64,000 nucleotides of DNA from Azolla caroliniana. Taxonomy: Eukaryota > Plantae > Polypodiophyta. The position numbers were made by a program, and so were the translations under genes. The notes under the pieces are model-generated. The model had not been told where the DNA came from and ran no database searches. It saw only the letters and a list, made by a program, of their open reading frames with translations. The stretch is from the NCBI GenBank assembly GCA_043228905.1, contig JBHGNT010000004.1, forward strand, positions 3,472,001 through 3,536,000, given 5' to 3'. This document shows positions 63,245 to 64,000 of this stretch, one piece after another (the stretch's first letter is position 1; each line of letters begins with the position of its first letter).

Positions 63245-64000
63245 ATGACATTCATGGAGTCCATGGATGATCAGCTTATGTTTGTAAGTAGCATACTGAG
63301 GAGGAGTGTAGCTGTGATATTGATACTTTTGCATCTGATATGGTCTTGCAATAATTCTGCAGCAGCTGAACTTTACAATGAAAACGCAGGAGGCTTTCCA
63401 TCAGTGGTCATGTCGAATTCATCGAGCACCACCGGCATCTCTTTATTGAATGGAAAGCTCCGTCTCGACAGCACAAACGCAAACTTAGTATATGCCCTGT
63501 TCCCCTACATCCCCTTCAACACTAGTGCCCCATCCATGGGTTCCTTCAACACTCTCTTCAATTTCACTAATATCGCTTCTGTCGGTGCTCTCGGCATCAT
63601 CGCCATCAATCCCAATTCGGACATTATGAAACTCGAGGATCAATTGCTTGCGATAACTAATCTCCCCTATGAACTCGATACTAAATTAGTGAACAATAGC
63701 AACTACTTGGCACTCGTGTGCAACTTCACGGTAGCCACTCTATCGGAGGATGGGGCATATGTTGTCCCTAGGTTTGGAGGCGGTCCTGTGATGTACTTCG
63801 ACCATGTAACGGCCAATGAACCAGACAACCGGGCACAAAACTTCAATGGTGAGTTGCAGTACTTCGATCCAGCCTCAGTGTCAAAAGCATGTGCATCGAT
63901 CCCTACATGGGAATTGCCAAACACTTTGTGTCCAGAAAACTATATGAAATTTGGGATGTACAACCCGCATTTTGGATACAGTTCCATGAGTTTTATGGCG
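63245..64000 (+). CDS. Subtype B copy B6, open to the window end (partial, missing from the ORF track)
   Basis: 252 codons without a stop by my manual translation: MTFMESMDDQLMFVSSILRRSVAVILILLHLIWSCNNSAAA...GGFPS..NGKLRLDS..FPYIPFN..MGSFN..KLEDQLLAI..GELQYFDPASVSKAC..LCPEN. Confidence 0.82.
   Translation, partial: MTFMESMDDQLMFVSSILRRSVAVILILLHLIWSCNNSAAAELYNENAGGFPSVVMSNSSSTTGISLLNGKLRLDSTNANLVYALFPYIPFNTSAPSMGSFNTLFNFTNIASVGALGIIAINPNSDIMKLEDQLLAITNLPYELDTKLVNNSNYLALVCNFTVATLSEDGAYVVPRFGGGPVMYFDHVTANEPDNRAQNFNGELQYFDPASVSKACASIPTWELPNTLCPENYMKFGMYNPHFGYSSMSFMA

Overview
Plant nuclear DNA, probably from a non-seed vascular plant such as a fern or lycophyte (inferred only from the transposon types). 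Bases 1-23 kb are a nest of decayed retroelements: two full-length Copia LTR elements with TSDs, solo LTRs, an RTE-like LINE and L1-type LINEs, one with a twin-priming 5' inversion. Two unusual small elements sit in this nest. One is a young non-autonomous LTR element with an apparent 11-nt self-priming site instead of a tRNA PBS and an internal array of about 19 hairpin repeats. The other is a 147-bp fold-back built from an LTR end. Bases 27.3-30.9 kb hold an intact 8-exon BTR1/NOVA-like triple-KH RNA-binding gene. Bases 32-64 kb are a birth-and-death array of at least 10 intronless genes and pseudogenes for secreted, probably GPI-anchored, legume-lectin-like proteins. They fall into two diverged subtypes (A on minus, B on plus), arranged as head-to-head A/B pairs around a conserved 0.5-0.6 kb spacer. 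All coordinates and comparisons were made by eye and no database searches were run.
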